The notes beneath the pieces are model-generated. The model was given only the letters and a program-made list of their open reading frames with translations, made no database searches and had not been told where the DNA came from. Both the position numbers and the translations under genes were made by a program. Shown in pieces: positions 1-8,914 of a DNA stretch of 64,000 bases. Numbering within the stretch: the first letter of the stretch is position 1; each line of letters begins with the position of its first letter. Source of the stretch: an uncultured Granulosicoccaceae bacterium (GTDB lineage Bacteria > Pseudomonadota > Gammaproteobacteria > CALCKW01); the NCBI GenBank assembly GCA_937925815.1, contig CALAMQ010000089.1:16173-80172 (forward strand), given 5' to 3'.

Positions 1-1043
1 CCAAACACGGCGCGCACACGCACTTTGAACTGATCACCGTCACAATCACCCTTGCAGACGGCTCCGAAGGCACAGGCTACACCTACACCGGCGGGCGCGG
101 CGGCCGCGCCATCGCGTCGCTGGTCGAGCACGATATCTCGCCGCAACTGATCGGCCAAACAGTCGGTCGGGGTGAAGCCGACATTGCTGCGGTTCACGAC
201 GCACTCAATTGGCACTTGCACTATGTCGGGCGCGGCGGCATCGCGGCGTTTGCCGTGTCGGCTGTGGACATTGCGCTGTGGGACCTACATTGCAGGCACC
301 TGAACGCGCCGTTATGGCAATTGGCTGGAGGCCGCTCGGATCGCTGCCGCGCCTATTGCGGCGGCATTGACCTGAACTTCCCATTGGACAAGTTGTTACA
401 GCAAACCGACGGCTACCTTGCACGCGGATTCAATGCGGTCAAAATCAAAGTGGGCCAACCGACCCTGGCGGATGACATCGCACGCGTGGCCGCAGTTCGC
501 GAACGGCTCGGGCAGGAGCGCGCGTTTATGGTGGACGCCAACTACGCCTTCACCGTCGAGCAGGCGATCACAGCCGCCAGTGCCTTTAAAGAGCACGGCA
601 TTTTGTGGTTCGAAGAGCCCATCATCCCGGATGATTTCGCAGGCTACCGCACCGTTAACGAGGCCACAGGCGTACCGCTCGCGATGGGTGAAAACCTCCA
701 CACCGAACACGAATTTGAGGCTGCCTTCCGCGAGTCGAGCCTAGCTTATATCCAACCCGACGCATCCAACTGTGGCGGCATTACCGGATGGTTGAGGGTG
801 GCCAGACGCGCGCACACACTTGGCATACCCGCGTGCAGCCACGGCATGCAGGAATTGCACGTGAGTTTGGTGTCGGCCCAACCCAACGCCGGCTGGCTCG
901 AAGTCCACAGTTTCCCCATCGACCGTTACACCCACCGCCCGCTTGTCGTTGAAGACAGTCTCGCCATTGCCCCCACGAACCCAGGTGTGGGCGTCTCATT
1001 CAATTGGGATGCGCTCGACAGCGCCCACGACACCCGCGCCTGA
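1..1043 (+). CDS. Enolase-superfamily enzyme (mandelate racemase/muconate lactonizing family, probable acid-sugar dehydratase), 5'-truncated at window edge
   Basis: Frame 3 is open from nt 3 ([31 protein letters not shown]...) and runs into ORF 216..1043. MR/MLE-like segments seen: [35 protein letters not shown]. Confidence 0.85.
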   Translation, partial: KHGAHTHFELITVTITLADGSEGTGYTYTGGRGGRAIASLVEHDISPQLIGQTVGRGEADIAAVHDALNWHLHYVGRGGIAAFAVSAVDIALWDLHCRHLNAPLWQLAGGRSDRCRAYCGGIDLNFPLDKLLQQTDGYLARGFNAVKIKVGQPTLADDIARVAAVRERLGQERAFMVDANYAFTVEQAITAASAFKEHGILWFEEPIIPDDFAGYRTVNEATGVPLAMGENLHTEHEFEAAFRESSLAYIQPDASNCGGITGWLRVARRAHTLGIPACSHGMQELHVSLVSAQPNAGWLEVHSFPIDRYTHRPLVVEDSLAIAPTNPGVGVSFNWDALDSAHDTRA

Positions 1044-1074
1044 ACCAAGCGCACTGAACGAACAGGACCCTTCC

Positions 1075-2112
1075 ATGCCAGAACACATCAGCGCTGCGGT
1101 TTACCGCGGCAACCGCCAATTCGAGGTGACTGAACACGTCCTCGCACCACCGGATGCCGGCGAGGTTGCGGTGCGCGTCGCGTATTGCGGTATCTGTGGC
1201 ACCGACATGCACGTCTTCCACGGCAACATGGACGCGAGGGTCGGCTTTGACCGCGTGATCGGTCATGAAATGTCAGGCACAGTCGCCGCCGTTGGCGCGG
1301 GAGTAGACGGTTTTACCATCGGCGATCCGGTTGCGGTGCGGCCGCTGAACGCCTGTGGCGACTGCCCTGCGTGCGCAGCGGGTCACGCGCACATTTGCCA
1401 CCGGCTCGAATTTCTCGGGCTGGACACAAACGGTGCCATGCAAGACGTCTGGAACGTGCCGGCGCACACACTGCACGCTGTGCCACCTGATTGCGATCTC
1501 AAGCACGCAGCACTGGTCGAGCCACTCGCGGTTGCCTGCCATGATGTGCGCATGGCCTCACTGCAAGCCGGTGAAGATGCGTTGGTGATTGGCGGTGGGC
1601 CGATTGGCATGCTGGTGGCCATGGTGGCGCGTGAACGCGGCGCCAAGGTTGTGATATCGGAGGTCAACCCCAGCCGAATCGCCATCGCGCAATCTCTGGA
1701 ATTTGATACTGTCAACCCATTGGATTCGGATTTACAAGCCGAGATCAACAGGCGCACATCAGACAAAGGTGCCGATGTCGTCTTTGAGGTCTCGGGCACA
1801 CAGGCGGGCGTCGACAGCATGACGGCGTGTGCGGCTACTCGCGCGAGGCTGGTGATGGTCGCGATACACGCGAAAAAACCCGAGGTGGACCTGTTTCAGT
1901 TTTTTTGGCGGGAACTGCAATTGATCGGGGTACGCGTGTACGAACCGGCGGACTACAAAGACGCCATTGAGCTGCTCGCCAGCGGCGCCATCAACGCTGC
2001 CGCCATGATCACCGACGTCCGGCCGCTGGCCGAAATCCAAAAGGCGTTTGACGAACTCGACGGCAACCCCACGGCATTGAAGAGCCTGATTCAGGTCGGA
2101 GGTGACGTATGA
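1075..2112 (+). CDS. Zn-dependent medium-chain alcohol/polyol dehydrogenase
   Basis: Part of ORF 943..2112. I chose the ATG at 1075 (MPEHISAAVYRG...) because the 943 start would overlap the upstream gene by 100 nt. Motifs: GHEMSGTV, structural-Zn cluster CGDCPACAAGHAHIC, Rossmann IGGGPIG. Confidence 0.85.
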   Translation: MPEHISAAVYRGNRQFEVTEHVLAPPDAGEVAVRVAYCGICGTDMHVFHGNMDARVGFDRVIGHEMSGTVAAVGAGVDGFTIGDPVAVRPLNACGDCPACAAGHAHICHRLEFLGLDTNGAMQDVWNVPAHTLHAVPPDCDLKHAALVEPLAVACHDVRMASLQAGEDALVIGGGPIGMLVAMVARERGAKVVISEVNPSRIAIAQSLEFDTVNPLDSDLQAEINRRTSDKGADVVFEVSGTQAGVDSMTACAATRARLVMVAIHAKKPEVDLFQFFWRELQLIGVRVYEPADYKDAIELLASGAINAAAMITDVRPLAEIQKAFDELDGNPTALKSLIQVGGDV

Positions 2113-2876
2113 CAACACGCTCCCCCTTTGACCTCAGCGGCCAAACCGCGCTGGTCACCGGTGCAAAACGCGGCATTGGCCGCGCCATGGCCGAAGCGCT
2201 GGCCGCAGCCGGTGCAGATATCATCGGTGTGAGCGCAACGCTCGACGCCGGCAGCGAGGTCGAACACAGTGTCACCGCTCTCGGCCGCAGCTTCTCTGCT
2301 TACCGCTGCGATTTCTCCGACAGATCACAAGTACAGGCTTTTGCAACGAGTTTGCACGCGGACGGCATCACGCCAGACATCTTGGTCAACAACGCCGGTA
2401 CCATCAAGCGCAGTCCTGCGGCGGAGCACAACGACGCGCAGTGGGACGAAGTCATCGAGACCAACCTCAGCGCCCAATTTGTGCTCAGCCGTGAAATCGG
2501 TCGTCACATGGTCGCGCGCGGGCGCGGCAAAATCATTTTCACAGCCTCGCTGCTGAGCTTTCAGGGCGGCATCACCGTGCCGGGCTACGCCGCTTCCAAG
2601 GGTGGCATCGCCCAGCTGACCAAGGCGCTGGCCAACGAGTGGGCACCGCACGGTGTGAACGTCAACGCCATCGCACCGGGCTACATTGCAACCGACAACA
2701 CCCAGGCACTGCAAGACGACCCAGCGCGTTCAAAAGCCATTCTCGGCCGCATCCCTGCCGGCCGCTGGGGGACCCCAACAGACTTTGCCGGGCCTGTGGT
2801 ATTCCTCGCCTCGAAAGCATCAGACTATGTTCACGGCGAGATCTTGACCGTGGACGGTGGCTGGATGGGACGCTAG
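2109..2876 (+). CDS. Short-chain dehydrogenase/reductase, KduD (2-deoxy-D-gluconate 3-dehydrogenase)-like
   Basis: Motifs TGAKRGIG, NNAG, YAASKGG (YxxxK). ATGA start/stop overlap with the upstream ADH gene. Confidence 0.85.
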   Translation: MTTRSPFDLSGQTALVTGAKRGIGRAMAEALAAAGADIIGVSATLDAGSEVEHSVTALGRSFSAYRCDFSDRSQVQAFATSLHADGITPDILVNNAGTIKRSPAAEHNDAQWDEVIETNLSAQFVLSREIGRHMVARGRGKIIFTASLLSFQGGITVPGYAASKGGIAQLTKALANEWAPHGVNVNAIAPGYIATDNTQALQDDPARSKAILGRIPAGRWGTPTDFAGPVVFLASKASDYVHGEILTVDGGWMGR

Positions 2877-2904
2877 TTGTGAGCACCAACCCGACGGTGC
2901 CTAA

Positions 2905-3429
2905 TCACGATCCCGTGCCGAGCAAGGCGCGTCGAAGATCCGGCTTCGATGCGTTTTCGCCAAGCCAAATATTGAAAAAAGCGGCTGTGAACGCGGGGTC
3001 ATCGACCAACCCAGTTACCGTTGCCCCTGCGTAAAACACGGTGGCGCCGTCTTCTTTGCGCACGCCGGTTAGGGTGTCTCCAGCTTCGACATCGGGCATC
3101 ACGTTGTTGAGCGCGTCACGCCACGCTGCGCGCTGCGCTGCCGTCATGGCCCCCTGCTTTGCCATCTCATCCAGAGTTGAATCGACGAGTTTGCGACCGG
3201 GTACAGGGCGCAGATATTTGAGCGCAAGCGCATAGGGTTGATCGGGATCAAACCGCCCCTCTGGTGCGTACAGCGTCGCGTCGTAGATGTCCCAAAACAG
3301 GACGCGCAAGCGGCCTTGACCCACGGTGTCAGCGGCCGGCACATAACGCGAGACAGGCGCGGTCGGTTCAGCTGCGTGCAGTGGGGGCGCACACAACAGC
3401 ACTAGCAACAAAATGTGAGGCAATCGCAT
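2905..3429 (-). CDS. Secreted chalcone-isomerase-like family protein
   Basis: Part of ORF 2905..3474. The internal ATG at 3429 gives signal peptide MRLPHILLLVLLCAPPLHA. LFWDIYDATLYAP and ALALKYLR segments resemble bacterial chalcone-isomerase-like proteins, from memory. Confidence 0.55.
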   Translation of the reverse strand: MRLPHILLLVLLCAPPLHAAEPTAPVSRYVPAADTVGQGRLRVLFWDIYDATLYAPEGRFDPDQPYALALKYLRPVPGRKLVDSTLDEMAKQGAMTAAQRAAWRDALNNVMPDVEAGDTLTGVRKEDGATVFYAGATVTGLVDDPAFTAAFFNIWLGENASKPDLRRALLGTGS

Positions 3430-3533
3430 GGTTTCGCTACCAAAGCCGTGCGTGACTTCTGTGAGCAGAGCCACGCGGTGTCATAACGTAGAGCCACACA
3501 CGCGAAGTTGGTTCAGACTGCTGGCACCAGCAG

Positions 3534-3947
3534 TCAGTCTGGGATGACCGCGGTTGCGTCTATTTCAACCAACCACTCGGGGCGCGCGAGCGCGACCACA
3601 ACAAGGCCCGTGCAACAGGGGTGAACACCTTGTATATAGGTTCCCATGGTCTGGTACACCGCTTCGCGGTGCCGCACATCGGTGATGTAGACGACGAGCT
3701 TGCACAAGTGTTCAATTTGACCACCGGCCTCTTCGATCAACTGCACGATGTTTTGCATGACCTTGTGCGTTTGTGCCACCGGGTCATGGCTCTCGATGTT
3801 CTGTGCTGTGTCGAGATCTTGAGGACATTGCCCACGCAAAAACACGGTGCGCCCACGGGCGACCACGCCCTGGGACAGGTCATTGTCGAGTTTCTGTTCA
3901 GGGTAGGTGTCGCGGGTGTTAAAAGGCCGAATTCGCTGGTGGATCAT
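3534..3947 (-). CDS. RidA/YjgF/Endoribonuclease L-PSP family protein
   Basis: 137 aa of typical size. Core ...KLVVYITD...EIDATAVIP fits the family. ATGA overlap with the upstream Rieske gene. Confidence 0.75.
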   Translation of the reverse strand: MIHQRIRPFNTRDTYPEQKLDNDLSQGVVARGRTVFLRGQCPQDLDTAQNIESHDPVAQTHKVMQNIVQLIEEAGGQIEHLCKLVVYITDVRHREAVYQTMGTYIQGVHPCCTGLVVVALARPEWLVEIDATAVIPD

Positions 3948-5098
3948 CGAGCAGCCTCCGCAGCTGCGCCAACGCGGTTGGCGAGGTAGTGGGCGAAATC
4001 GTAGTTTGGCCGTTCAAGGTGTGACAATGGGCCCGGTTTAGACAGCTCCGCACACAAGCCGCGGTACACCTTTTCCGTGCAACCGCGGTCCTCGATGTTG
4101 ACGCGGTCTAACAGCGATTTGAGTTCAGCAAAATGCTGTTGCGATGCCGGATCGTTCACGTAGTCCGGTGACATACCACCACCAAACCCAATGCGCACTT
4201 TGCCAACGCCCTCAGGGTGCAGTGACAAGTACCAGAAATACCCAGGCGTCAGGGTAATCAAGAGACTCGGATAGATTGCCAGTAAGTAAGTCGTGCGACG
4301 CCTTTCACCGCTAAGACAGGTGTTGTTCTCGTGCGCCATGGCAATTTTGAGCGAGTCGTCCTTGAGGATAGTGTGGTAGTTAAACGCACTCAGTCCGGGC
4401 GGGCACACCATATCGTCGAGCTTGGAGAGACCGCCGATGGTGCCAGCATGGCAAACCGGCAAGTGATAACTCTCCATGAAATTTTCAGCGAGCACTTTCC
4501 AGTTGGTGTCCCAAACGTGAGTCTCGTTAAATGTTTCGATGTAATCCCCCATCGCGAAGTCCCCAACCAAGGATTCAACCTCAGCCAGTGCCTCGCTGAC
4601 CGGTGGTGCGTCAGGGTTCAGTGACACCATGATCCAGCCCTGCCACTGCTCACACCGCACGCTCGGGAGTTTCATGCCTTGCTTGCAAAATGCGGTATTC
4701 AGGTTCATCGCTGGCGCACCGATGAGGTCGCCTTCGAGATCGTAGCTCCACGCGTGATAAGGGCAGGTGATTCGGCGGGTGTTGCCGCGACCCTCAAGCA
4801 GGGTGGACATGCGGTGCAAGCAGACATTGGACTGCGCACGGATTTCACCTGCTCGGGTGCGAACAACCATAATCGGCTGGCCCGCAAGTTCGAGTGTGGT
4901 GTAGTCACCGGGGGTTGACAGCGCACTGGCGCGGCCAGCACAAAACCAGTCACGCTTAAAGATGTGCTCTATTTCGGCATTCAAGAAGGCGTCAGACGTG
5001 TACACCGATGGCGGCATGGCGGATGCCGCTTCAAAGGGTTGTTCGACGTTTGCTGCAAGTGCCGCGAACGGATCCTTTACCTCTGTGGAGTTGCTCAT
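3944..5098 (-). CDS. Rieske [2Fe-2S] non-haem-iron oxygenase, alpha-subunit type
   Basis: Rieske motif CLHRMSTLL...CPYHAWSY. Mononuclear-iron region ENFMESYHLPVCH. ATG at 5098; the ORF opens with TTG at 5104. Confidence 0.85.
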   Translation of the reverse strand: MSNSTEVKDPFAALAANVEQPFEAASAMPPSVYTSDAFLNAEIEHIFKRDWFCAGRASALSTPGDYTTLELAGQPIMVVRTRAGEIRAQSNVCLHRMSTLLEGRGNTRRITCPYHAWSYDLEGDLIGAPAMNLNTAFCKQGMKLPSVRCEQWQGWIMVSLNPDAPPVSEALAEVESLVGDFAMGDYIETFNETHVWDTNWKVLAENFMESYHLPVCHAGTIGGLSKLDDMVCPPGLSAFNYHTILKDDSLKIAMAHENNTCLSGERRRTTYLLAIYPSLLITLTPGYFWYLSLHPEGVGKVRIGFGGGMSPDYVNDPASQQHFAELKSLLDRVNIEDRGCTEKVYRGLCAELSKPGPLSHLERPNYDFAHYLANRVGAAAEAAR

Positions 5099-5264
5099 CC
5101 CCAATGCCTCAAGACATGCGATTTATCTGTCCGCAGAATACCATTCGCACGCGCTAGCGCCAGCCCACAGTACAGCGGACATCAGGCGTTGCCCTGCAGC
5201 TGGCCGGAACGCAACTGGCTCAGCCGGTACACTACTCACCACGTGACCAGCTGGACCAGCAACC

Positions 5265-6308
5265 TTGCGCAACGCGCCGCCGCGAACACTACTGACACTT
5301 GCTGTAGGCGCAGTGGGCGCAGGCTTGGCCATCACCTTTTTGTTGCCATTGCCGCTCTTGCTCGGCCCACTGTTCGCCTGCCTTCTGGCCGCGCTACTCG
5401 GCGCCCCGCTGGGCAGCATGCCCAAGACCACCGCAACATTGCGCACTGTGCTCGGTGTTGCTGCGGGCGCGAGCATCACCCCGCAATTGCTTGAGCACAT
5501 CGGCGACTACGCGCTCGCCATCGCGTTGGTGCTGCTGCTCACAGCCTTGATCGCAGCCTGCGGCGTGCCGTGGTATCGCCGCTGCGGCTTTGACCGTCCA
5601 ACCGCCTTCTACGCCGCCATGCCCGGTGGGTTACAGGACATGCTGTTATTCGGCCTTGAAGCCGGTGCAAACCCGCGGGCTCTGTCTCTCGCGCACGCTA
5701 CCCGGCTGAGCGTCGTTGTCACAACCCTGCCCTTTTTGCTAACCGGCTGGCTCGATCTCACGCTCACACAGTCCCCTGGCGCACCGGCGTCTGAATTCTC
5801 ACTGTTACAGCTCGGGCTCTTGGCGGTGTGCGCGCTGGGTGGTTGGTGGTTGGGGCGCGTGCTAAAGCTGCCAGGCGCATCCATTCTCGGCCCACTGCTG
5901 CTCACCGCCGCGCTGTCACTCGCTGGCGTGATCGAGCAACGCCCTCCAAGCGAAGCCATTTTGGCGGCCCAATTTTTCATCGGAATCGGTGTTGGTGTGC
6001 ACTACGTTGGCATCTCGACCCGCGAATTGCGCCAAGTGGTGTCAGTGTCCCTGGGGTTTTGTGTCATCGCAGGTACGCTCACGGCGGGGATGTTGTGGCT
6101 GGTTTCAAGTTTGAGTCTGGTGCCCTCGGCAGACGCGTTACTCGCATTCGCGCCCGGCGGCCAAGCCGAGATGACCGTTCTGGCGATCGTTGCCGGTGCC
6201 GAGTTGAGCTTTGTGGTGACACTGCATGTTGCGCGAATTGTGTTTGTGATTCTCGGTGCACCCTTGGCACAACGTTGGTATTCATCCAAACAGACTGACG
6301 AGCGTTAA
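5265..6308 (+). CDS. AbrB-family (AbrB-duplication) integral membrane protein
   Basis: 347 aa, very hydrophobic, with an internally duplicated multi-TM pattern. TTG start is uncertain. Confidence 0.6.
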   Translation: MRNAPPRTLLTLAVGAVGAGLAITFLLPLPLLLGPLFACLLAALLGAPLGSMPKTTATLRTVLGVAAGASITPQLLEHIGDYALAIALVLLLTALIAACGVPWYRRCGFDRPTAFYAAMPGGLQDMLLFGLEAGANPRALSLAHATRLSVVVTTLPFLLTGWLDLTLTQSPGAPASEFSLLQLGLLAVCALGGWWLGRVLKLPGASILGPLLLTAALSLAGVIEQRPPSEAILAAQFFIGIGVGVHYVGISTRELRQVVSVSLGFCVIAGTLTAGMLWLVSSLSLVPSADALLAFAPGGQAEMTVLAIVAGAELSFVVTLHVARIVFVILGAPLAQRWYSSKQTDER

Positions 6309-6312
6309 GCCC

Positions 6313-6340
6313 AAAAAAAAGGCGCCCCGTACAGGGCGCC
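6313..6340 (-). terminator. Rho-independent terminator downstream of the 6370..7302 gene
   Basis: Stem GGCGCCC (6321-6327) pairs with GGGCGCC (6334-6340), loop CGTACA. On the minus strand it is followed by T8 (plus-strand A8 at 6313-6320). Confidence 0.8.
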
Positions 6341-6369
6341 TTGGTGTGCCGGAGCAGCCCGAACACGTC

Positions 6370-7302
6370 TTACTTTGCGAGTGCCTTGGTGTAGGCCGCC
6401 ACCTTCTTCGCAAGCGCTTTATCGCGGTCCAAACGGTCCCGGAAGTTGCGCAAATTGCGGCTCATGGTGGTGAGATCCCGGCCAAAACGATTAGACACGT
6501 CGGTCAGCGAAGCGGACTCGAGTTCGACCGCGAGGTAGCTGATGATTTGACGAACCAGGCTCTCGGCGCGAGCGCGACTTGGATTCGCGAGCGCGGCCTC
6601 TTTGAGACCCTCTTCCTTGAGCACGTGCTTGACGAGTTTGTCGAGGCTGACGGGCTTAGCCTTCTTCGCCGGAGCCTTGCGCACCTGGCGCTGGAAGCTC
6701 TTGTCACCCAATACTGCGCCATCGTTGCCGCGCTCGAGATCTTCGCGGACACCTTCAGAGGCGCCTTTGGTGAAGTACTCGCCATAGCGTTTGATTGCGG
6801 TGGGTTCGCGCTTGGCAAAGCTCTCATAGACGTCCGCACGGGTGAGCCACTCGTTCTTGGCAGTGCCGAGGTAGGCTTTGTGGCTAGACCACTTGAAGCC
6901 TTCCGACTTGCGCGCAGCGCCAGTGCGTGCCGGTGCGTGGTGAATGTAGCGAACAAGCTCGGGTAAATAGGTCTTGGCATCGACCAAGATGGCTTTGTAG
7001 CGACCGTGAAAAAGCTGTCCCTGGCTGCCCTGTGCACTGTTGTAGTACCGCGTGTAACGGAAGGACAGGTTTTGCATGATTTTGGACAGGCTGACTTTGT
7101 CGACCTGGATCGCGAGATGAAGGCGATCTGGCAGGAAACAAAACGCGTGGACCTTGTGGCCAAAGCGCTGCACGCCCTCGGCAACCAAGGACTCTAGGTA
7201 TTTGCGATCGGCGTCGGAGCCGAAAATTTTCTTGCCGTTATCGCCTTGCAACATGACATGGTAAAGCGCGCCAGGCACATGGATTCGGGGTTTTCTGGCC
7301 AT
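6370..7302 (-). CDS. Y1/HUH (IS200-like, COG1943-type) transposase-like domain fused to a DnaA domain-IV-like HTH
   Basis: N-terminus RKPRIHVPGALYHVMLQGDNGKKIF...AFCFLPDRLHLAIQ...LFHGRYKAILVD...LVRYIHHAPAR matches Y1_Tnp-type proteins. C-terminus SLVRQIISYLAVELESASLTDVSNRFGRDLTTMSRNL resembles the DnaA C-terminal DNA-binding domain (aRQiamYL..eLt..Sl.eIg..FgrDHtTV). Confidence 0.7.
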   Translation of the reverse strand: MARKPRIHVPGALYHVMLQGDNGKKIFGSDADRKYLESLVAEGVQRFGHKVHAFCFLPDRLHLAIQVDKVSLSKIMQNLSFRYTRYYNSAQGSQGQLFHGRYKAILVDAKTYLPELVRYIHHAPARTGAARKSEGFKWSSHKAYLGTAKNEWLTRADVYESFAKREPTAIKRYGEYFTKGASEGVREDLERGNDGAVLGDKSFQRQVRKAPAKKAKPVSLDKLVKHVLKEEGLKEAALANPSRARAESLVRQIISYLAVELESASLTDVSNRFGRDLTTMSRNLRNFRDRLDRDKALAKKVAAYTKALAK

Positions 7303-7589
7303 GATTGAAGCCTCTAGATGCTAATTAAGAGAAGAATGTGGTCGGTTACAAAGGGTGCCAAGCGTCTCACGAGACAAGTTCCGTACCGCCCTTGTGAAAT
7401 TCGGACGCACTGCGAGAACAAAAGTTCCCTGCACTAACACCACTGACCGTGGGCTAAGGATACTATAGTGGCCCCCAAACGACCAGACTTTCTCCAGAGC
7501 TGCAATATTCCGAATCACGAAAATTCAAGCAATAAATTGCATGATTTCGCAACGCAACACGGGTTGATCGGGCTTGGCATCCACGTGAT

Positions 7590-8288
7590 TTAACTTATGC
7601 CCCAAAGCGCGCGCTCACTCTCACTCAGGGCTCGCCATTGGCCTGGCGCCAGTGCCGGGTCCAGTACGACATCACCGACAGCTTCCCTGTGCAAGCTTGC
7701 GACGTGGTTGCCAACCGCGGCCACCATGCGGCGAACCAAGTGATACCGTCCTTCGAGTACTGCAATTCGCAAGGTCAGTGCATCGACCCGGTCGACCCAC
7801 TGCGCGCGCGCAGCACGCGACTCATTGCGCAGCATCACACCCTCTAACAACGCGCCCAATGCCGTCTCGTCAATGGGCCGAGCCAGTTCGATCCGATACA
7901 CTTTTGCCGTGCAACCGGGACGTGAAATGTTGTGATTCCAGCCGCCGTCGTCGGTGACTAAAAGCAATCCTGTGGTGTCGACGTCGAGTCGACCCACACA
8001 TTGCAACGGTTTGCGCTGATCGTCGGGAAGCAGGTTGAGCACACTGCGCGGGTCAGCGTGACGCGCAGTGCAGACGGTCCCAAGCGGCTTATGCAGCATC
8101 AGATACCGGCTCTGCAATGGGGCTATCACCTCACCGTCCAGCGTCACTGAGGCGTCGGTGGACATTGTGACGCCAGCAGCTCGAACTGGCTCACCGTCTA
8201 CCAATACGCGGCCTGCGCGAAGCCATTTGCGCACATCGCGCCGACTCGCGCCCGTCGCCTCGCTCAAAAAGCGATCAATACGGCTCAA
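7590..8288 (-). CDS. rsuA: 16S rRNA pseudouridine synthase (RsuA family)
   Basis: N-terminal S4-like region RIDRFLSEATGASRRDVRKWLRAGRVLVDG. Catalytic region GRLDVDTTGLLLVTDDG. TTG start overlaps the upstream stop (TTGA). Confidence 0.8.
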   Translation of the reverse strand: MSRIDRFLSEATGASRRDVRKWLRAGRVLVDGEPVRAAGVTMSTDASVTLDGEVIAPLQSRYLMLHKPLGTVCTARHADPRSVLNLLPDDQRKPLQCVGRLDVDTTGLLLVTDDGGWNHNISRPGCTAKVYRIELARPIDETALGALLEGVMLRNESRAARAQWVDRVDALTLRIAVLEGRYHLVRRMVAAVGNHVASLHREAVGDVVLDPALAPGQWRALSESERALWGIS

Positions 8289-8914
8289 TCGAGCACCAAC
8301 ACACCACCCGGGGTTGCGATGCGTGCAACCACCGAGGATTCACCGGCGACTGCCACCACCGGTTTTCCATGCAATCGGTTCAACAACGGTGTTAGCAATG
8401 TGGTGTTCGGCGTAGACAGGGTGAGCGACTCAAGTGCCAACCCGGTCTCGGGCAGCGCATCCGTTGGATGCTGTGACTGCCACCAAATCAAATAGGGCAA
8501 GACACCATCCGCACACAGACCACCGTCTTGTTCAACTGCCAGTTGCCAGCGAAAGTCCCCACGTTGCACCGCAACGGGCGGCGACAGCCCGGGCACCAAA
8601 TCGAGTGCGTCACAGCTATGGCCTGGCTCTGACTCCACGCGAGCAACCCAGGTCAACAGCCTTGGTCGATCGACCAAGCGGCTCTGCACGCTGGCTTCAC
8701 CGAGGCCGAACAAGGCTTTGTTATCAGCATCAGCGCCAGGCTTGCATGCAATCAGCTCGAGGTAGTGTGTGGCGTCGAGCCGCCACAGCCGATTGTGCGT
8801 GCCAAAACGAACATGCTCACCACCGCCGCCAGGCTCGACGCCGATTTTCGCGCTCAACCACTCGGTGCCGAGGTCCAGATCGGCACAGCCGACGACGAGA
8901 TGATCAATATTCAT
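8285..8914 (-). CDS. Glyoxalase-like / VOC-family domain protein
   Basis: MNIDHLVVGCADLD...GTHNRLWRL...YLELIA pattern resembles Glyoxalase-like domain proteins, from memory. The start ATG shares 1 nt with the upstream stop (TAATG). Confidence 0.55.
   Translation of the reverse strand: MNIDHLVVGCADLDLGTEWLSAKIGVEPGGGGEHVRFGTHNRLWRLDATHYLELIACKPGADADNKALFGLGEASVQSRLVDRPRLLTWVARVESEPGHSCDALDLVPGLSPPVAVQRGDFRWQLAVEQDGGLCADGVLPYLIWWQSQHPTDALPETGLALESLTLSTPNTTLLTPLLNRLHGKPVVAVAGESSVVARIATPGGVLVLD

Noticed and set aside
943-1074. Upstream extension of the Zn-ADH ORF
   Set aside because: It overlaps the enolase-family gene by 100 nt, and its Pro/Ser/Thr-rich translation is unlike ADH N-termini. The ATG at 1075 gives a canonical N-terminus.
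3516-3535. Hairpin GACTGCTGG-CA-CCAGCAGTC overlapping the RidA stop codon, considered as a terminator
   Set aside because: It has a 2-nt loop and no following T-run on the minus strand, so I do not call it a terminator.
6256-6966. 236-aa plus-strand ORF (and the 226-aa minus-frame ORF 6504..7184)
   Set aside because: These are antisense or out of frame relative to the Y1-transposase-like gene, whose frame shows clear family motifs.
6309-7589. Active IS200/IS605 or REP/RAYT element around the Y1-transposase-like gene
   Set aside because: I found no flanking subterminal hairpins, inverted repeats, tnpB or repeated REP palindromes in this window. The only hairpin is an ordinary terminator.
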